A DNA stretch of 64,000 nt from an uncultured Rickettsiales bacterium (GCA_964504165.1 CAZDDH010000004.1:16748-80747); one strand, 5' to 3'; counted from the stretch's first letter, positions 8,618-18,279 are shown. The notes: generated by a model not told the origin, from the letters alone. Made by a program: numbers and translations.

Positions 8618-9721
8618 TCACCCGCTCTTCGGATCCAGCGCGTCCCGCAGCCCGTCCCCGACCAGGTTGATGGACACCACGGCTAGCATGATTGCCAGCC
8701 CTGGGAAGGTGGTGATCCACGGCGCCGTCATCAGGTACGAACGCCCTCCCTCGACCATGGTACCCCAGGTGGGTGTGGGCGGGGGGACCCCCAGCCCCAG
8801 GAAGCTCAACCCTGCTTCCACCAGGATCGTGTTGCCCACCATCAGCGTGGCGGACACCAGCACCGGCGCCAGCGCGTTGGGCAGCAGGTGCCGCAGGATG
8901 ATCCGCGCCCGCCCCAACCCCAGCGCCCGGGCCGCCAGTACGAACTCCTGTTCCCTCAGCGACAGCACCTGCCCGCGTACCAGGCGGGCCACGTCCATCC
9001 AGCCGGTGAGCCCGAGCACCAGCACCACCAGTAGCCAGCTTCGGGTCTCCACCAGCGCCAGCAACGTCAGCAGCAGCACCAGCCGCGGGAAGGCCATCAT
9101 CATGTCCACGCCGCGCATGGAGACGCCATCGATCCACCGCCCCAGGTACCCCGCGACGGCTCCTACCAGCGCCCCCACGGTCACCGCCAGCGCCGCCACA
9201 AGCAGCCCGATGGTTAGCGAGACGCGGGCCCCGTAGATCAGCCGGCTGAACAGGTCCCGGGCGTAGCGGTCCGTCCCCAGCAGGTGGGTGGACGACGGGG
9301 CCTGCAGGGCGTTGTTGACGATGTCCAGCTGCAGCTGGGGCTCGTGGGGTGCCAGCAGCGGTGCCAGCAGCATGGCCAGGTACATCAGCGAGATGAACCA
9401 CAGGCCGGCCATCGCCAGCCGGCGTTCCCGCATTCGCCGCCAGATCTCCCCCAGCTGAGTCCGTGCGGGCTCCCCGTCCCCCTTCCCCGAGCAACCCCAG
9501 CACCATGCCGCCAGGTGCAGCCCGCCCAGCGCCACCCCCACCGTGATCAGCGCCAGCCACACATCCCAGCCGCTGCGGCCGTCCTCCCCCCCGAGCCGGT
9601 CCGGCGCCCGCCCCGCCGCCACCAGCACCAGCACCCACGCCGACAGCAGGGCCAGCCCCTGGAGCACACGGCCCCGCAGGATCCAGCCGATCCCCGGCAG
9701 CAGGGCGGTCCAGCGCCTCAT
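8618..9721 (-). CDS. dppC: ABC peptide transporter permease, DppC/OppC type.
   Basis: The C-terminal two-thirds is a typical DppC (EAA-like loop, six TMs). The ATG at 9721 overlaps the dppB stop as ATGA. The N-terminal part of the listed 621-aa ORF is in-frame read-through over dppB. Confidence 0.85.
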   Translation of the reverse strand: MRRWTALLPGIGWILRGRVLQGLALLSAWVLVLVAAGRAPDRLGGEDGRSGWDVWLALITVGVALGGLHLAAWCWGCSGKGDGEPARTQLGEIWRRMRERRLAMAGLWFISLMYLAMLLAPLLAPHEPQLQLDIVNNALQAPSSTHLLGTDRYARDLFSRLIYGARVSLTIGLLVAALAVTVGALVGAVAGYLGRWIDGVSMRGVDMMMAFPRLVLLLTLLALVETRSWLLVVLVLGLTGWMDVARLVRGQVLSLREQEFVLAARALGLGRARIILRHLLPNALAPVLVSATLMVGNTILVEAGLSFLGLGVPPPTPTWGTMVEGGRSYLMTAPWITTFPGLAIMLAVVSINLVGDGLRDALDPKSG

Positions 9722-10683
9722 CGGTAACGGATCCTCGGGTCGACGAAGGCGTACAGCACGTCGGCCAGTAGGTTGCCGCCGATAACGGCGAAGGTGAACA
9801 GCACGGTGTTGCCCAGCACGATGGGGAAATCCTGCTGGCGGATGGCGTTGAAGATCAGCTGCCCCATACCGGGCCAGCCAAAGATGGTCTCGATGAGTAC
9901 CGCCCCGCTCAGCAGGAACGGCAGGTACAGCCCCAGCAGCGTGACGATGGGCAGCATGGCGTTGCGCAGGGCGTGGCGCCCCACGACCCGGGCCTCGGAC
10001 AGGCCCCGCGCCCGCGCCCCGCGGATGTACTCCTGGGAGAGCACCTCCAGCATGGAGGCCCGCATGTACCGCGCCACCCCGGCGGCCGGTGCCACGCCAA
10101 GGGCCAGCGAGGGAAGCACCAGATGCATCAGGCGATCCCAGAGCTGGCCGGCCCCGGAGAGGTTGCTGGCCATGATCCCCGAGGCCCCCGACGACGGGAA
10201 GATGGGGAACTTGTAGGCCAGCAGCAGCAGCAGCATCAGCGCCAGCCAGAAGCCCGGCATGGAATACAACAGCAAGGAGACCACCGTCGAGATGGTCTCC
10301 CACACGGATCCCCGCCACACCGCGGAGACCACACCCAGGGTGATGCCCAGCCCGAAGATCAACAGCAGGGAGAAGCCGCACAGCACCAGCGTGTTGGGCA
10401 TGGCTTCCAGCAAGATCTCCAGCACCGGCCGTTGCTGGAAGAACGAACGCCCGAAGTCCAGCTGCGCCATCGACCCCAGCCACTTGAAGTACTGCACGAC
10501 CAGGGGCTGGTCCAGCCCCAGGTTGCGCTCCATGGTGTCGCGGATCTCCGGGGGCATGTCCGGGTTGATGAAGTGGTCCGCCGGGCTACCCGGCGCCGCG
10601 TGCAGCGCGAAGAACAGCAGGGTGCAGACCCCCAGCGTGGTGGGGATGGCCAGCAGCAGGCGGCGGACGATATAGGTCAGCAC
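9718..10683 (-). CDS. dppB: ABC peptide transporter permease, DppB/OppB type.
   Basis: 321 aa. N-terminus LTYIVRRLLLAIPTLLGV and binding-protein-dependent transport signature. GTG start. Confidence 0.9.
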   Translation of the reverse strand: MLTYIVRRLLLAIPTTLGVCTLLFFALHAAPGSPADHFINPDMPPEIRDTMERNLGLDQPLVVQYFKWLGSMAQLDFGRSFFQQRPVLEILLEAMPNTLVLCGFSLLLIFGLGITLGVVSAVWRGSVWETISTVVSLLLYSMPGFWLALMLLLLLAYKFPIFPSSGASGIMASNLSGAGQLWDRLMHLVLPSLALGVAPAAGVARYMRASMLEVLSQEYIRGARARGLSEARVVGRHALRNAMLPIVTLLGLYLPFLLSGAVLIETIFGWPGMGQLIFNAIRQQDFPIVLGNTVLFTFAVIGGNLLADVLYAFVDPRIRYR

Positions 10684-10698
10684 GGGGTGGGCATCCGG

Positions 10699-12387
10699 TC
10701 AGCGCCCGGCCCGCTGCTGATCGAGGGGGACCCACCACTTGTGGAGGTCTTGAAGAAGGCACAGGACGTCGATGCGCACGTCGCGGAAGCGCTCGTGGAT
10801 GGCCACCACCTCGTCCCGCCAGTACAAAAAAGCGTAGGGCTGATCCTCGTAGATCCGTGCCTGCATCTCCTGCCAGCAGCGCCGCGCCTCGTCCTGATCG
10901 GCGGTGGCCAGGCCCCTGTTGATCAGCTCGTCCACCTGGGGATTGGAATAGGACGGGTAGTTGTACGCGCCGCCGGTGAGCCACTTGTTGGAGGGATCGA
11001 CGAACAGGGACGAGCCCCACCCCCCCAGGGCCGCCTCGAACTCGTGCCGCTTGAGCTTGTCGAAGAACACGTTGCCCTCGACCGTGCCCACCTGCACGTC
11101 GATCCCGGCCTGGCGCAGCTGCTCCTGCACGATGATCTGAGCCAATGCGCGCCGCGGGTTGCCAGCGTTGGTCTCCAGGGTGAAGGTGAAGCGTTGGCCG
11201 TCCCGGTCCAGCCACCCATCGCCGTCGCTGTCGTGCCACCCGGCCTCGGCGAACAGCGCACTGGCCCGCTCCAGGTCGTGGTTCAGCGGTTGGATGTCAT
11301 CATTGTGCATGCTGCACAGCTCGGGGGTGATGGTGCCCACGGCCCGGCGCCCGTAGCGTTCACCGCCGCTGGTGAGAATGGAATCGATGAGGACCTCGAC
11401 GTCCATGGCGTGGGCCAGAGCCCGGCGTACCCGCACATCCGCGAAGCGGGGATCCTTCAGGTTCCAGGCGATGTAGTCGTTGAACCGCAGGCCCCGACGT
11501 TCCAGGCGGATTTCCGGGTGCTCGGCCTCGAGGCGCTCCATGTCCTCCAGATGAACCCCCGGCAGCATGTCCAGGGTGCCGTTCTCCAGCTCCATGAGGC
11601 GCGTGGCGTACTCGGGCACGATCCGGACGACCACCCGATCCAGGTAGGCCGGGTGCTCGAAGGGGGCGGATTCGTCCCGGGTCAGTACGATCTGCTGCCC
11701 CCGGTCCCAGCGCTCCATACGGAACCAACTGGCCGTCACCGGCGCGGAGGCGAACGGCGCTCCCCGGTGGTTGTCCCGGGGCCAGTCACGCATCACGTGC
11801 TCGGGGACGACGCCGATGCTACCCACGTGGGTCAACATCGTCACGAGGTCGTAGCGATGGTCGAAGTGCACGGCCACCGTGTGGGCATCGAGCTTCTCCA
11901 CGGGATCCTGCTTTCGCAGGTTGTCCAGATGGGGTGCCCAGGCGCTGCCCACCTGGTCGTCGGCGACGAGATCCCAGGTGAACAACACGTCGTCGGCGTC
12001 CACCGGTTCACCGTCGCTCCAGGTCACGTCCTTGCGCAGGTGGAACGTAAGCGTCAGCCCGTCCTCGCTCCAGTCCCAGCGTTCGGCCAGCTGCGGTTCG
12101 TAGATACATTGGCACTGGAAATGCGGGACGATCAGCGTCGGAAACATACGTTCCAGCAGCTGCCCGCTCAGGTCCGAGCTGTAGACCAGCGGGTGGAACA
12201 GATCCACGTCGGCCGGGTAGCCGATGACCAGGCTCCCGCCGCGCACCGGCGTCTCGGCTTCGGCCGGGGTCGGGGTCGGGGTCGGGGTCTCCTCCCCCTT
12301 CTTGCAGCCCGCCGTGGTGGCCAGCAGCGTGGCCAGCATCAGCGCGATGGCAAGGCGGCGTCTACGCAATGGGTCGTCTCTCCCCAT
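10699..12387 (-). CDS. ABC transporter substrate-binding protein, family 5 (DppA/OppA-like), a lipoprotein.
   Basis: Signal/lipobox RRRRLAIALMLATLLATTAGC followed by a Pro/Thr linker and an SBP_bac_5-like body. Alternative starts: TTG at 12423, or TTG at 12369 with a GGGAGA RBS. Confidence 0.8.
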   Translation of the reverse strand: MGRDDPLRRRRLAIALMLATLLATTAGCKKGEETPTPTPTPAEAETPVRGGSLVIGYPADVDLFHPLVYSSDLSGQLLERMFPTLIVPHFQCQCIYEPQLAERWDWSEDGLTLTFHLRKDVTWSDGEPVDADDVLFTWDLVADDQVGSAWAPHLDNLRKQDPVEKLDAHTVAVHFDHRYDLVTMLTHVGSIGVVPEHVMRDWPRDNHRGAPFASAPVTASWFRMERWDRGQQIVLTRDESAPFEHPAYLDRVVVRIVPEYATRLMELENGTLDMLPGVHLEDMERLEAEHPEIRLERRGLRFNDYIAWNLKDPRFADVRVRRALAHAMDVEVLIDSILTSGGERYGRRAVGTITPELCSMHNDDIQPLNHDLERASALFAEAGWHDSDGDGWLDRDGQRFTFTLETNAGNPRRALAQIIVQEQLRQAGIDVQVGTVEGNVFFDKLKRHEFEAALGGWGSSLFVDPSNKWLTGGAYNYPSYSNPQVDELINRGLATADQDEARRCWQEMQARIYEDQPYAFLYWRDEVVAIHERFRDVRIDVLCLLQDLHKWWVPLDQQRAGR

Positions 12388-12468
12388 CTCCTGAGTATCC
12401 CCGTGCGTTTCCGGGAGGGTCAAGGCGACGGCGACTCCTGGGACGAAGTTGTCCCGGTCGGGCGGGGG

Positions 12469-14292
12469 TCAGCGAGCGATTCGGTGGCGCACGCGCAGGG
12501 CCGCCATCAGCGCCAGAGCCAGCCACGCCAGCGCCCCTGAGACAGGCTGCCCGCCGGGGACCGAGCAGCGGCAGGCGAACCCGGCCGGCGGCCCGCTGTC
12601 GTCGTCGTCCGCGCCGTTGTCGTCGTCGTCGTCGTCATCCCCGTCGGGGCACGACTCCACGTCCTCGCCGTCGGTGAGCCCGTCGCAGTTGTCGTCCACG
12701 CCGTTGTCGCACTTCTCGTCGCGGTCGGGATGCACACCGGGGTCGTTGTCATCGCAGTCGTCTTCGCAGGCCCCGTACCCGTCGCCGTCGTCGTCCGGGC
12801 GGTCCTTGGTGTCCTCGTTGCAGTCGTTGTCGATGTCGTCGCAGATCATCTCCGGGCAGTCGGGGCAGATGGTGTCGTTGCTGTCGTCACAGTCCCCTTC
12901 ACACTCGTCGCTGCCGTCCCCGTCGTCGTCTATCTCGTGGGGGTGCATCTCGCCGTCACAGTTGCTGTCCATGTGATCGCACTCGGACTCGTCGGCGTAC
13001 GGATGGACCTCGGGGCTGGTGTCGTTGCAGTCCCCCATGCAGCTGGACCAGCCATCGCCATCGTTGTCCTGTTCATCGGGCGGGAGCATCCCGTCACAGT
13101 CGTTGTCCAGGCCGTCGCACATCTCCGGATAGTAGGACGAGCGCCAAGGATCGTGGTCGTCGCAGTCGTTGTAGTAGTAATCCATGTCCACGTCGTAGTC
13201 CATGTACATGGCATCGCTGCCGCCGTAGGCGCCGATGTCACACAACGAGCCGTCCCAGTCGTCCCCCATGGCCTGGCTGTCCCCGTTGTCGATGAAGGGG
13301 CTACCGACGGCCAGCGTGAAGTCGTTGTCCAGATAGCTCCCAGCGTTGGGATTGTAGGCGGTGAACGGGCTGGAATCGGTCCACTCGTCGGTGCCCGGAG
13401 CGTAGCCTTGGTAAGCGCCCGGGTTGGACACCCCCGCATGGTTGTTGACCGAGTACGGCAGACAGTCCTGGTTGTACCCATAGGTGTGGGTCATGGCGAT
13501 GGAGTTGTTGAGCAGGATGTTGTTGAGGCTGGCCACCCAGCCCATGCCCTGGGTGTTGCACGTGGTGCGGAACGCCGTGTTATTGGAGGCAAAGACGTTG
13601 TGGTACAGGTCGACGGCCGGGCTGGGAGTGTTGCCGTCGATGAATGCCAGCTCGATGGCGGTATCGTTGCAGCCCCAGATGATGTTGTTGTTGATCGTGA
13701 GGTTGCTGTCGTACTCGTTGGTGGTCATCTGCATGACCAGGCCGTTGGCCTGGCAGTAGATGATGTTCTCCGAGAACAGCAGCGTGACGCTGCTGAACAG
13801 CTCCAACGCAACCGCGTTGGCGGTGTTCTCGAAGGCGTTGTTGTAGATCGTGAGTTGAGGCACCTGGTTGGGCTGAATGTTCTGGGCGGCGATGCCGTAA
13901 TCCAGCCCCTCGAAGTAGATCTCCGCGATGTACAAGGAGGACTGGATCCCCTCGGCCAGGATGCCCACCTGACCACCGATGATCGACAGACCGCCGACGA
14001 CCGACTCACCGGCGTGGATGACCACGCCGTCCGGATCCGGACTCCGGATGGCCGTCCATGCGGCGCCCGCTCCGATCAGGGAGACGCCGTCCGGGACGAC
14101 CAGCCCGGTCTCGTAGTAGTCCCCCGCCTCCACGTGAACCTGCCACCCGGCGCTGGCGGCAGCGAGCGCCTGCTCGATGGTGGGATAGTCGGTGGGGACG
14201 AAGACGTCCTGGGCGGCGGCCTGCCGTCCCCCCATCAGGGACAAGGCCAACGCCAGCAGCGTCAGCGACCCTCTGTGCAAGATTCGACTCAT
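12469..14292 (-). CDS. Secreted right-handed beta-helix (pectin-lyase-fold) protein with five MopE-like Cys/Asp-rich putative metal-binding repeats and a MYXO-CTERM-like C-terminal sorting tail.
   Basis: Signal peptide MSRILHRGSLTLLALALSLMGGRQAAAQD with GGAGGG RBS. NNNIIWG-type beta-helix repeats. Repeated DCDDxDPxxxPEMCDGLDNDCDG motifs. The tail ...GFACRCSVPGGQPVSGALAWLALALMAALRVRHRIAR is a Cys motif followed by a hydrophobic helix and basic residues. Confidence 0.7.
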   Translation of the reverse strand: MSRILHRGSLTLLALALSLMGGRQAAAQDVFVPTDYPTIEQALAAASAGWQVHVEAGDYYETGLVVPDGVSLIGAGAAWTAIRSPDPDGVVIHAGESVVGGLSIIGGQVGILAEGIQSSLYIAEIYFEGLDYGIAAQNIQPNQVPQLTIYNNAFENTANAVALELFSSVTLLFSENIIYCQANGLVMQMTTNEYDSNLTINNNIIWGCNDTAIELAFIDGNTPSPAVDLYHNVFASNNTAFRTTCNTQGMGWVASLNNILLNNSIAMTHTYGYNQDCLPYSVNNHAGVSNPGAYQGYAPGTDEWTDSSPFTAYNPNAGSYLDNDFTLAVGSPFIDNGDSQAMGDDWDGSLCDIGAYGGSDAMYMDYDVDMDYYYNDCDDHDPWRSSYYPEMCDGLDNDCDGMLPPDEQDNDGDGWSSCMGDCNDTSPEVHPYADESECDHMDSNCDGEMHPHEIDDDGDGSDECEGDCDDSNDTICPDCPEMICDDIDNDCNEDTKDRPDDDGDGYGACEDDCDDNDPGVHPDRDEKCDNGVDDNCDGLTDGEDVESCPDGDDDDDDDNGADDDDSGPPAGFACRCSVPGGQPVSGALAWLALALMAALRVRHRIAR

Positions 14293-14371
14293 GTTTCTGC
14301 CCTCCGGCCAGCGACCCCCGCTGCTGCCCCATGATAGCCAGCGGATCCTCGGGGGTGAAGCGATCCTCGGA

Positions 14372-15349
14372 TCAAAGGTCCCCACCACCCGTGCGCAGCC
14401 AGCAGGCACAGTGGTGCAACGCCCCCACCTCCTCGAGTTGTGGGCCGTCCCCCTGATGGCAGCGGTCAGCGGCGAGCGGGCACCGCGGCGCAAATGGGCA
14501 GCCGGTGTCCGGCCCATCGGGGCCCCGGGGCGCGTTCGGCGTCGCGGCCCCCTTCCCCCGGCCCGGTACGGAGCGCAGCAGGAGCTCGGTGTAGGGGTGG
14601 CGGGGCTCGTCGAACAGGGAGCCCGCCGGGGCGACCTCTACCAGTCGCCCGCGGTACATCACCGCCACGTGCGTACACAGGTGTCGGACCACCGCCAGAT
14701 CATGGCTGATGAACAGGTAGGTCAGCCCGTGCTCTTCCTGCAGATCAACGAGCAGGTTGAGGATCTGAGCCTGCACGGACACATCCAGGGCGCTGACCAC
14801 CTCGTCGCACACCAGGAACTCCGGCCCCAGCACCAGAGCCCGGGCGATGTTGATGCGCTGGCGCTGGCCGCCACTGAACCCGTGGGGGAAACGCCCGGCC
14901 AGTGCCGGGTCCAGCCCAACCCGGTTCAGGGCGGCGGCCACCCGGTCCTGCAGCTCGGTGCCCCGGGCGATGCCGTGGGCCACCAGCGGCTCGGCCAGCG
15001 CCTGGCCGATGGTCATCCGCGGATTGAGGCTCGTGTAGGGATCCTGGAAGGCCATCTGCATACGACGGCGCAGGGCCCGCAGCTCCCCCTCGCCCTGCGC
15101 CAGCACCGGCAGGCCGTCGAAGGTGACGCTCCCCTCGTCCGGCTCCACCAGCCGCAGCACACAGCGGCCCACGGTGGTCTTGCCGCAACCCGACTCCCCC
15201 ACCAGCCCCAAGGTGGTGCCGGTACCGATGGAGAAGCTCACGCCCTGGGCCGCATCGATCCAGCCGGCGGTGCGCATCAACAGGCCGCGGCGCACCGGGT
15301 AGCGCTTGACCAGGCCCTCCACGACCAGCAGCGGGTTCGCCCCGGTCAC
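14372..15349 (-). CDS. dppF: ABC oligopeptide transporter ATP-binding protein, DppF/OppF type.
   Basis: Walker A GESGCGKTT, signature LSGGQRQR and an intact oligopeptide C-terminal domain (GCPFAPRCP...HHCAC). The GTG start overlaps the upstream stop as GTGA. Confidence 0.8.
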   Translation of the reverse strand: MTGANPLLVVEGLVKRYPVRRGLLMRTAGWIDAAQGVSFSIGTGTTLGLVGESGCGKTTVGRCVLRLVEPDEGSVTFDGLPVLAQGEGELRALRRRMQMAFQDPYTSLNPRMTIGQALAEPLVAHGIARGTELQDRVAAALNRVGLDPALAGRFPHGFSGGQRQRINIARALVLGPEFLVCDEVVSALDVSVQAQILNLLVDLQEEHGLTYLFISHDLAVVRHLCTHVAVMYRGRLVEVAPAGSLFDEPRHPYTELLLRSVPGRGKGAATPNAPRGPDGPDTGCPFAPRCPLAADRCHQGDGPQLEEVGALHHCACWLRTGGGDL

Positions 15350-16328
15350 GAGATCTCCTCGAACCGCAGACAGGCGACCTGATGCCCGGTGCCGGCCCCG
15401 CGGAGCTCGGGGACCTCGTCGCGGCAGCGGTCCTGGACGTACTCGCATCGGTCCTGGAAACAGCACCCCCGGGCGACCACGGCGCCCGGGGCCCCGGAGC
15501 TGACTGGCCACCGCCCCCCCCCGCCGGCGGCGGGGGCCGGGGGGGCCCGCGGCGCCCCAGGCCCAAAGTGTAAGGGTGCCGGGCACGGTCGAACAGAACC
15601 TCGCAGGGTGCCGACTCCACCACCCGCCCCGAGACCATCACCAGGACCCGTTCGACCACCTGGGCCACCACGTCCAGGTCGTGGCTGATCAACAACAGCG
15701 AGGCCTCACGCTCCCTGCGGATGCGAGCGAACAAATCCAGGATCTGCGCCTGCACCGTCACGTCCAGCGCCGTGGTGGGCTCATCCGCCACCAGCAAGCA
15801 CGGATCGGCCGCCAGGGCGACGGCGATCATTGCCCGCTGACGCAGCCCTCCAGAGAGCTCGTGGGGATAGTCGCGGGCCCGCTGAGCTGCGTCGGGCACT
15901 CCCACCCGGGCCAACCCATCCACCGCCAGCTGCCAGGCCTCCTTGCGGCCAGCCTTGCGGTGCTGGCGGATGGTCTCGGCGATCTGATCCCCGATGCGGA
16001 ACACGGGGTCGAGGGCGGCGGCCGGCTCCTGGAACACCATGCCGATCTGGTTGCCACGGATCCCCCGCAACTCCCGCGGGGACATGGCGGCCAGTGCCCG
16101 ACCGCGGAATTGAACACGGCCGCCCACGATCGAACCGCCGGCGGGGATCAACCCCAGCAGCGAGAACGCCGTGACCGATTTGCCCGAGCCCGACTCCCCC
16201 ACCAGTCCCACAGCCTCCCGCTCGTGGATCGTCAAGCTCACGCCGTCCACGGCCCGCACGGGGCCGGACTGGCCGGGGAATTCGACGCACAGGTCGGTCA
16301 CCTGCACCAAGGGAGGGGATTCGTTCAC
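15346..16328 (-). pseudogene. dppD: DppD/OppD-type ABC ATPase with a frameshift in a homopolymeric G/C tract (~15490..15560). Either a pseudogene or an assembly error.
   Basis: Walker A GESGSGKS, LSGGLRQR and RHPYT are intact in one frame. The expected C-terminal motif (GCCFQDRCEYVQDRCRDEVPELRGAGTGHQVAC, then a stop overlapping dppF) lies in a different frame. The span is 983 nt, not a multiple of 3. Confidence 0.6.
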
Positions 16329-16382
16329 AGGGATGGAAGGGTATCAGGTCCCCGGGAATCCGTGGTCCGTGGGCCGTGGGCC

Positions 16383-16412
16383 GTGACCGTGACCGTGACC
16401 GTGACCGTGACC
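16383..16412. repeat. Hexanucleotide microsatellite (GTGACC)x5, preceded by a (GTGGGCC)x2-like run, in the intergenic region upstream of dppD.
   Basis: Read directly: gtgaccgtgaccgtgaccgtgaccgtgacc. Confidence 0.9.
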
Positions 16413-16417
16413 GGACT

Positions 16418-17296
16418 CTAGCGCCAGCAGCCGTCGTACGGATCGGGAGCATAGCCGTCGTTGCAGCAACGGCACTGGGGGCAGGGGTAGGGGCAGGGGG
16501 CGGGCTGATAGACACCCCAGGAGACCAGCTGGTCGTAATAGCCATAGCGGATGGAGACCCGGCTGAAGGCGCGGGACTCGGCGTTGAATCCCACGTGGGT
16601 CACCGAATGGCTCACCTCTCGGCCGATGCCGGTAGCGGCCCGGTCATCCTCGCGGCGGTAGTCGTAGCTGGTGGGGGCATTGCGGCCTCTGGCGCTGGAC
16701 TCGGCCTCGGCGGTGGCGCCGGCACTACCGCTTTTTTTCTGGCGGGAGGCGGACGAGTCACCGTCCCAGTCGTACCGCTCGGACCGTCGCCAGCTCTCCT
16801 CCGTGCCCGGATCGTAGTAGACCGGTGGCGGGGTGTAACTCTTCTCGCGATAGGCCACCGCCCGGATCCAGCCGGCGTCGGAGGTGCTGCCCATCCAGTC
16901 CGCGTAGGACGCATCTGCGGTGGTGAAGGTGAATTTCCGGGAGGAGTAGCCAGCGGTCTGCCAGCCCGGAATGGTGGCCGACTGGTACGGCCCCAGCACC
17001 CACTTGGACGCCTTGGAGGCAGACGTCTGGGTCGCATCGATGGTGTTGAGGCCGTCTACCGACAGGTAGATAGCCACCCGATCCGCAGTGTCGTTGATCA
17101 GGCGGATGGCGTACTCACATCCGTCCCGAGCCTCGATGTACTGGGTCCCCCGGTGGCGATATTCGGAGGCAGACGAACCACAGACGGTGACCTCCACCCG
17201 GATGCCGTTACTGGACGCCGCTCCCGCCGGAAATACGAAGACCGCCAGGAGAGCTGTTGTCAGGGCTGTCAGAAATGCTCGATAGAACCGATCCAT
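16418..17296 (-). CDS. Secreted hypothetical protein with a Cys-rich C-terminus (CPYPCPQCRCCNDGYAPDPYDGCW).
   Basis: Signal peptide MDRFYRAFLTALTTALLAVFVFPAGAASS. 292 aa. No family recognised. Confidence 0.5.
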   Translation of the reverse strand: MDRFYRAFLTALTTALLAVFVFPAGAASSNGIRVEVTVCGSSASEYRHRGTQYIEARDGCEYAIRLINDTADRVAIYLSVDGLNTIDATQTSASKASKWVLGPYQSATIPGWQTAGYSSRKFTFTTADASYADWMGSTSDAGWIRAVAYREKSYTPPPVYYDPGTEESWRRSERYDWDGDSSASRQKKSGSAGATAEAESSARGRNAPTSYDYRREDDRAATGIGREVSHSVTHVGFNAESRAFSRVSIRYGYYDQLVSWGVYQPAPCPYPCPQCRCCNDGYAPDPYDGCWR

Positions 17297-17415
17297 GCCG
17301 TACCTCCACTCCCTGCGACAGCGAGGACGTCAAAAGGTTCCGTGTGCCCGCAAAAAACGGTGGATTCGTTCGCGCGCGGGAATACGCCTATGCTTGCGTG
17401 GCCCCGCAAACGTCC

Positions 17416-17421
17416 TATAAT
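17416..17421 (+). promoter_or_regulatory. Candidate -10 element (perfect TATAAT) about 100 nt upstream of the pspA-like gene, with a weak TTGCGT-like -35 sixteen nt upstream.
   Basis: Hexamer match only. Confidence 0.25.
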
Positions 17422-17525
17422 CCCGAGGCTGAACGCATCGGGGAAAATTCAGTCAGGACGAAATGTCCAGCCCCCCTGTCCGTAAGAAGGGGTGCAACTG
17501 CCCCACGCGGCAGAAAGGAAACACC

Positions 17526-18245
17526 ATGGCATCCGACGGCGGCGGCTTCTTCGATCGACTCTCCAACCTGTGGAGTGGCTTCTGGAGCCTGTGGATCGGC
17601 GGTCACGAGAAGAAGAACCCTGAAGCGGTCTACGAGGCAGCCATCAACGAGCGCGTCCGGCAGTACAAGCAGCTCAAGAAGGCGGTCTCCAACATCATCT
17701 ATCTGCGCAACAAGATCACCAAAGATCTCGAGGACAAGACCCGCGAGCTCAAGGAGATCACGGCGCAGATCCCGGTGGCGGTGGACGAGGGCGAAGACGA
17801 GGTCGCCATCCACCTCATCGAGAAGAAGGACACCCTGACGGCCGAGATCGACGCGCTCAACGCCGACATGGACAAGACCGCCGAGGAGGCCGAGTCGGCC
17901 AAGAACTCGCTGGTCTCCTTCCAGGCCGAGATCGAGAAGCTGAAGAAGGAAAAGGAGCAGATGCTGGCCCGCATGGAAAATGCCGAGGCGCGCATCAAGA
18001 TCCAGGAGACCCTCAGCGGTCTGTCCACCGACGCCGACATCAAGGCGCTGGGCAACGTACGCGAGCACATCGGCAAGCTGCAGGCCGAGGCGGACACCGG
18101 CGCCGAGCTTGGCGACTCCACCCTGGATTCCAAGCTCAAGAAGATCCAGCAGAAGGCCTCGTCATCCGCGGCCCGACAGCAGCTGGACGCCATCAAGAAG
18201 GCGCGGGCGGCCCAGGCGGCCGAAGCTCAGAAAAAGAACATCTGA
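17526..18245 (+). CDS. pspA: PspA/IM30 (phage-shock protein A / VIPP1) family coiled-coil protein.
   Basis: N-terminus FFDRLSNLWSGFWSLWIGGHEKKNPEAVYEAAINE and the coiled-coil body resemble PspA. The ATG at 17526 has an AAAGGAA RBS; an upstream in-frame ATG at 17463 is also possible. Confidence 0.8.
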   Translation: MASDGGGFFDRLSNLWSGFWSLWIGGHEKKNPEAVYEAAINERVRQYKQLKKAVSNIIYLRNKITKDLEDKTRELKEITAQIPVAVDEGEDEVAIHLIEKKDTLTAEIDALNADMDKTAEEAESAKNSLVSFQAEIEKLKKEKEQMLARMENAEARIKIQETLSGLSTDADIKALGNVREHIGKLQAEADTGAELGDSTLDSKLKKIQQKASSSAARQQLDAIKKARAAQAAEAQKKNI

Positions 18246-18279
18246 CCGGGCCCTGACCCGCCTCGTTCCTGCCCCGCGA

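Noticed and set aside
8618-10483. A 621-aa minus-strand ORF that appears to fuse dppC with upstream sequence.
   Set aside because: The N-terminal ~250 aa are read-through of the dppC frame across the dppB coding region and have no transporter similarity. The ATG at 9721 with ATGA coupling gives a canonical DppC.
15346-16328. Programmed ribosomal frameshifting in dppD.
   Set aside because: No slippery heptamer or downstream structure is evident. The shift lies inside long C and G homopolymers, where sequencing or assembly indels, or ordinary pseudogenisation, are far more likely.
16376-16421. The (GTGACC)5 tract considered as a CRISPR-like or coding repeat (RDRDRDRD / VTVTVTVT translations).
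   Set aside because: There are no spacers. The units are 6 nt and contiguous. Both translations belong to antisense artefact ORFs, so this is a simple microsatellite in an intergenic region.
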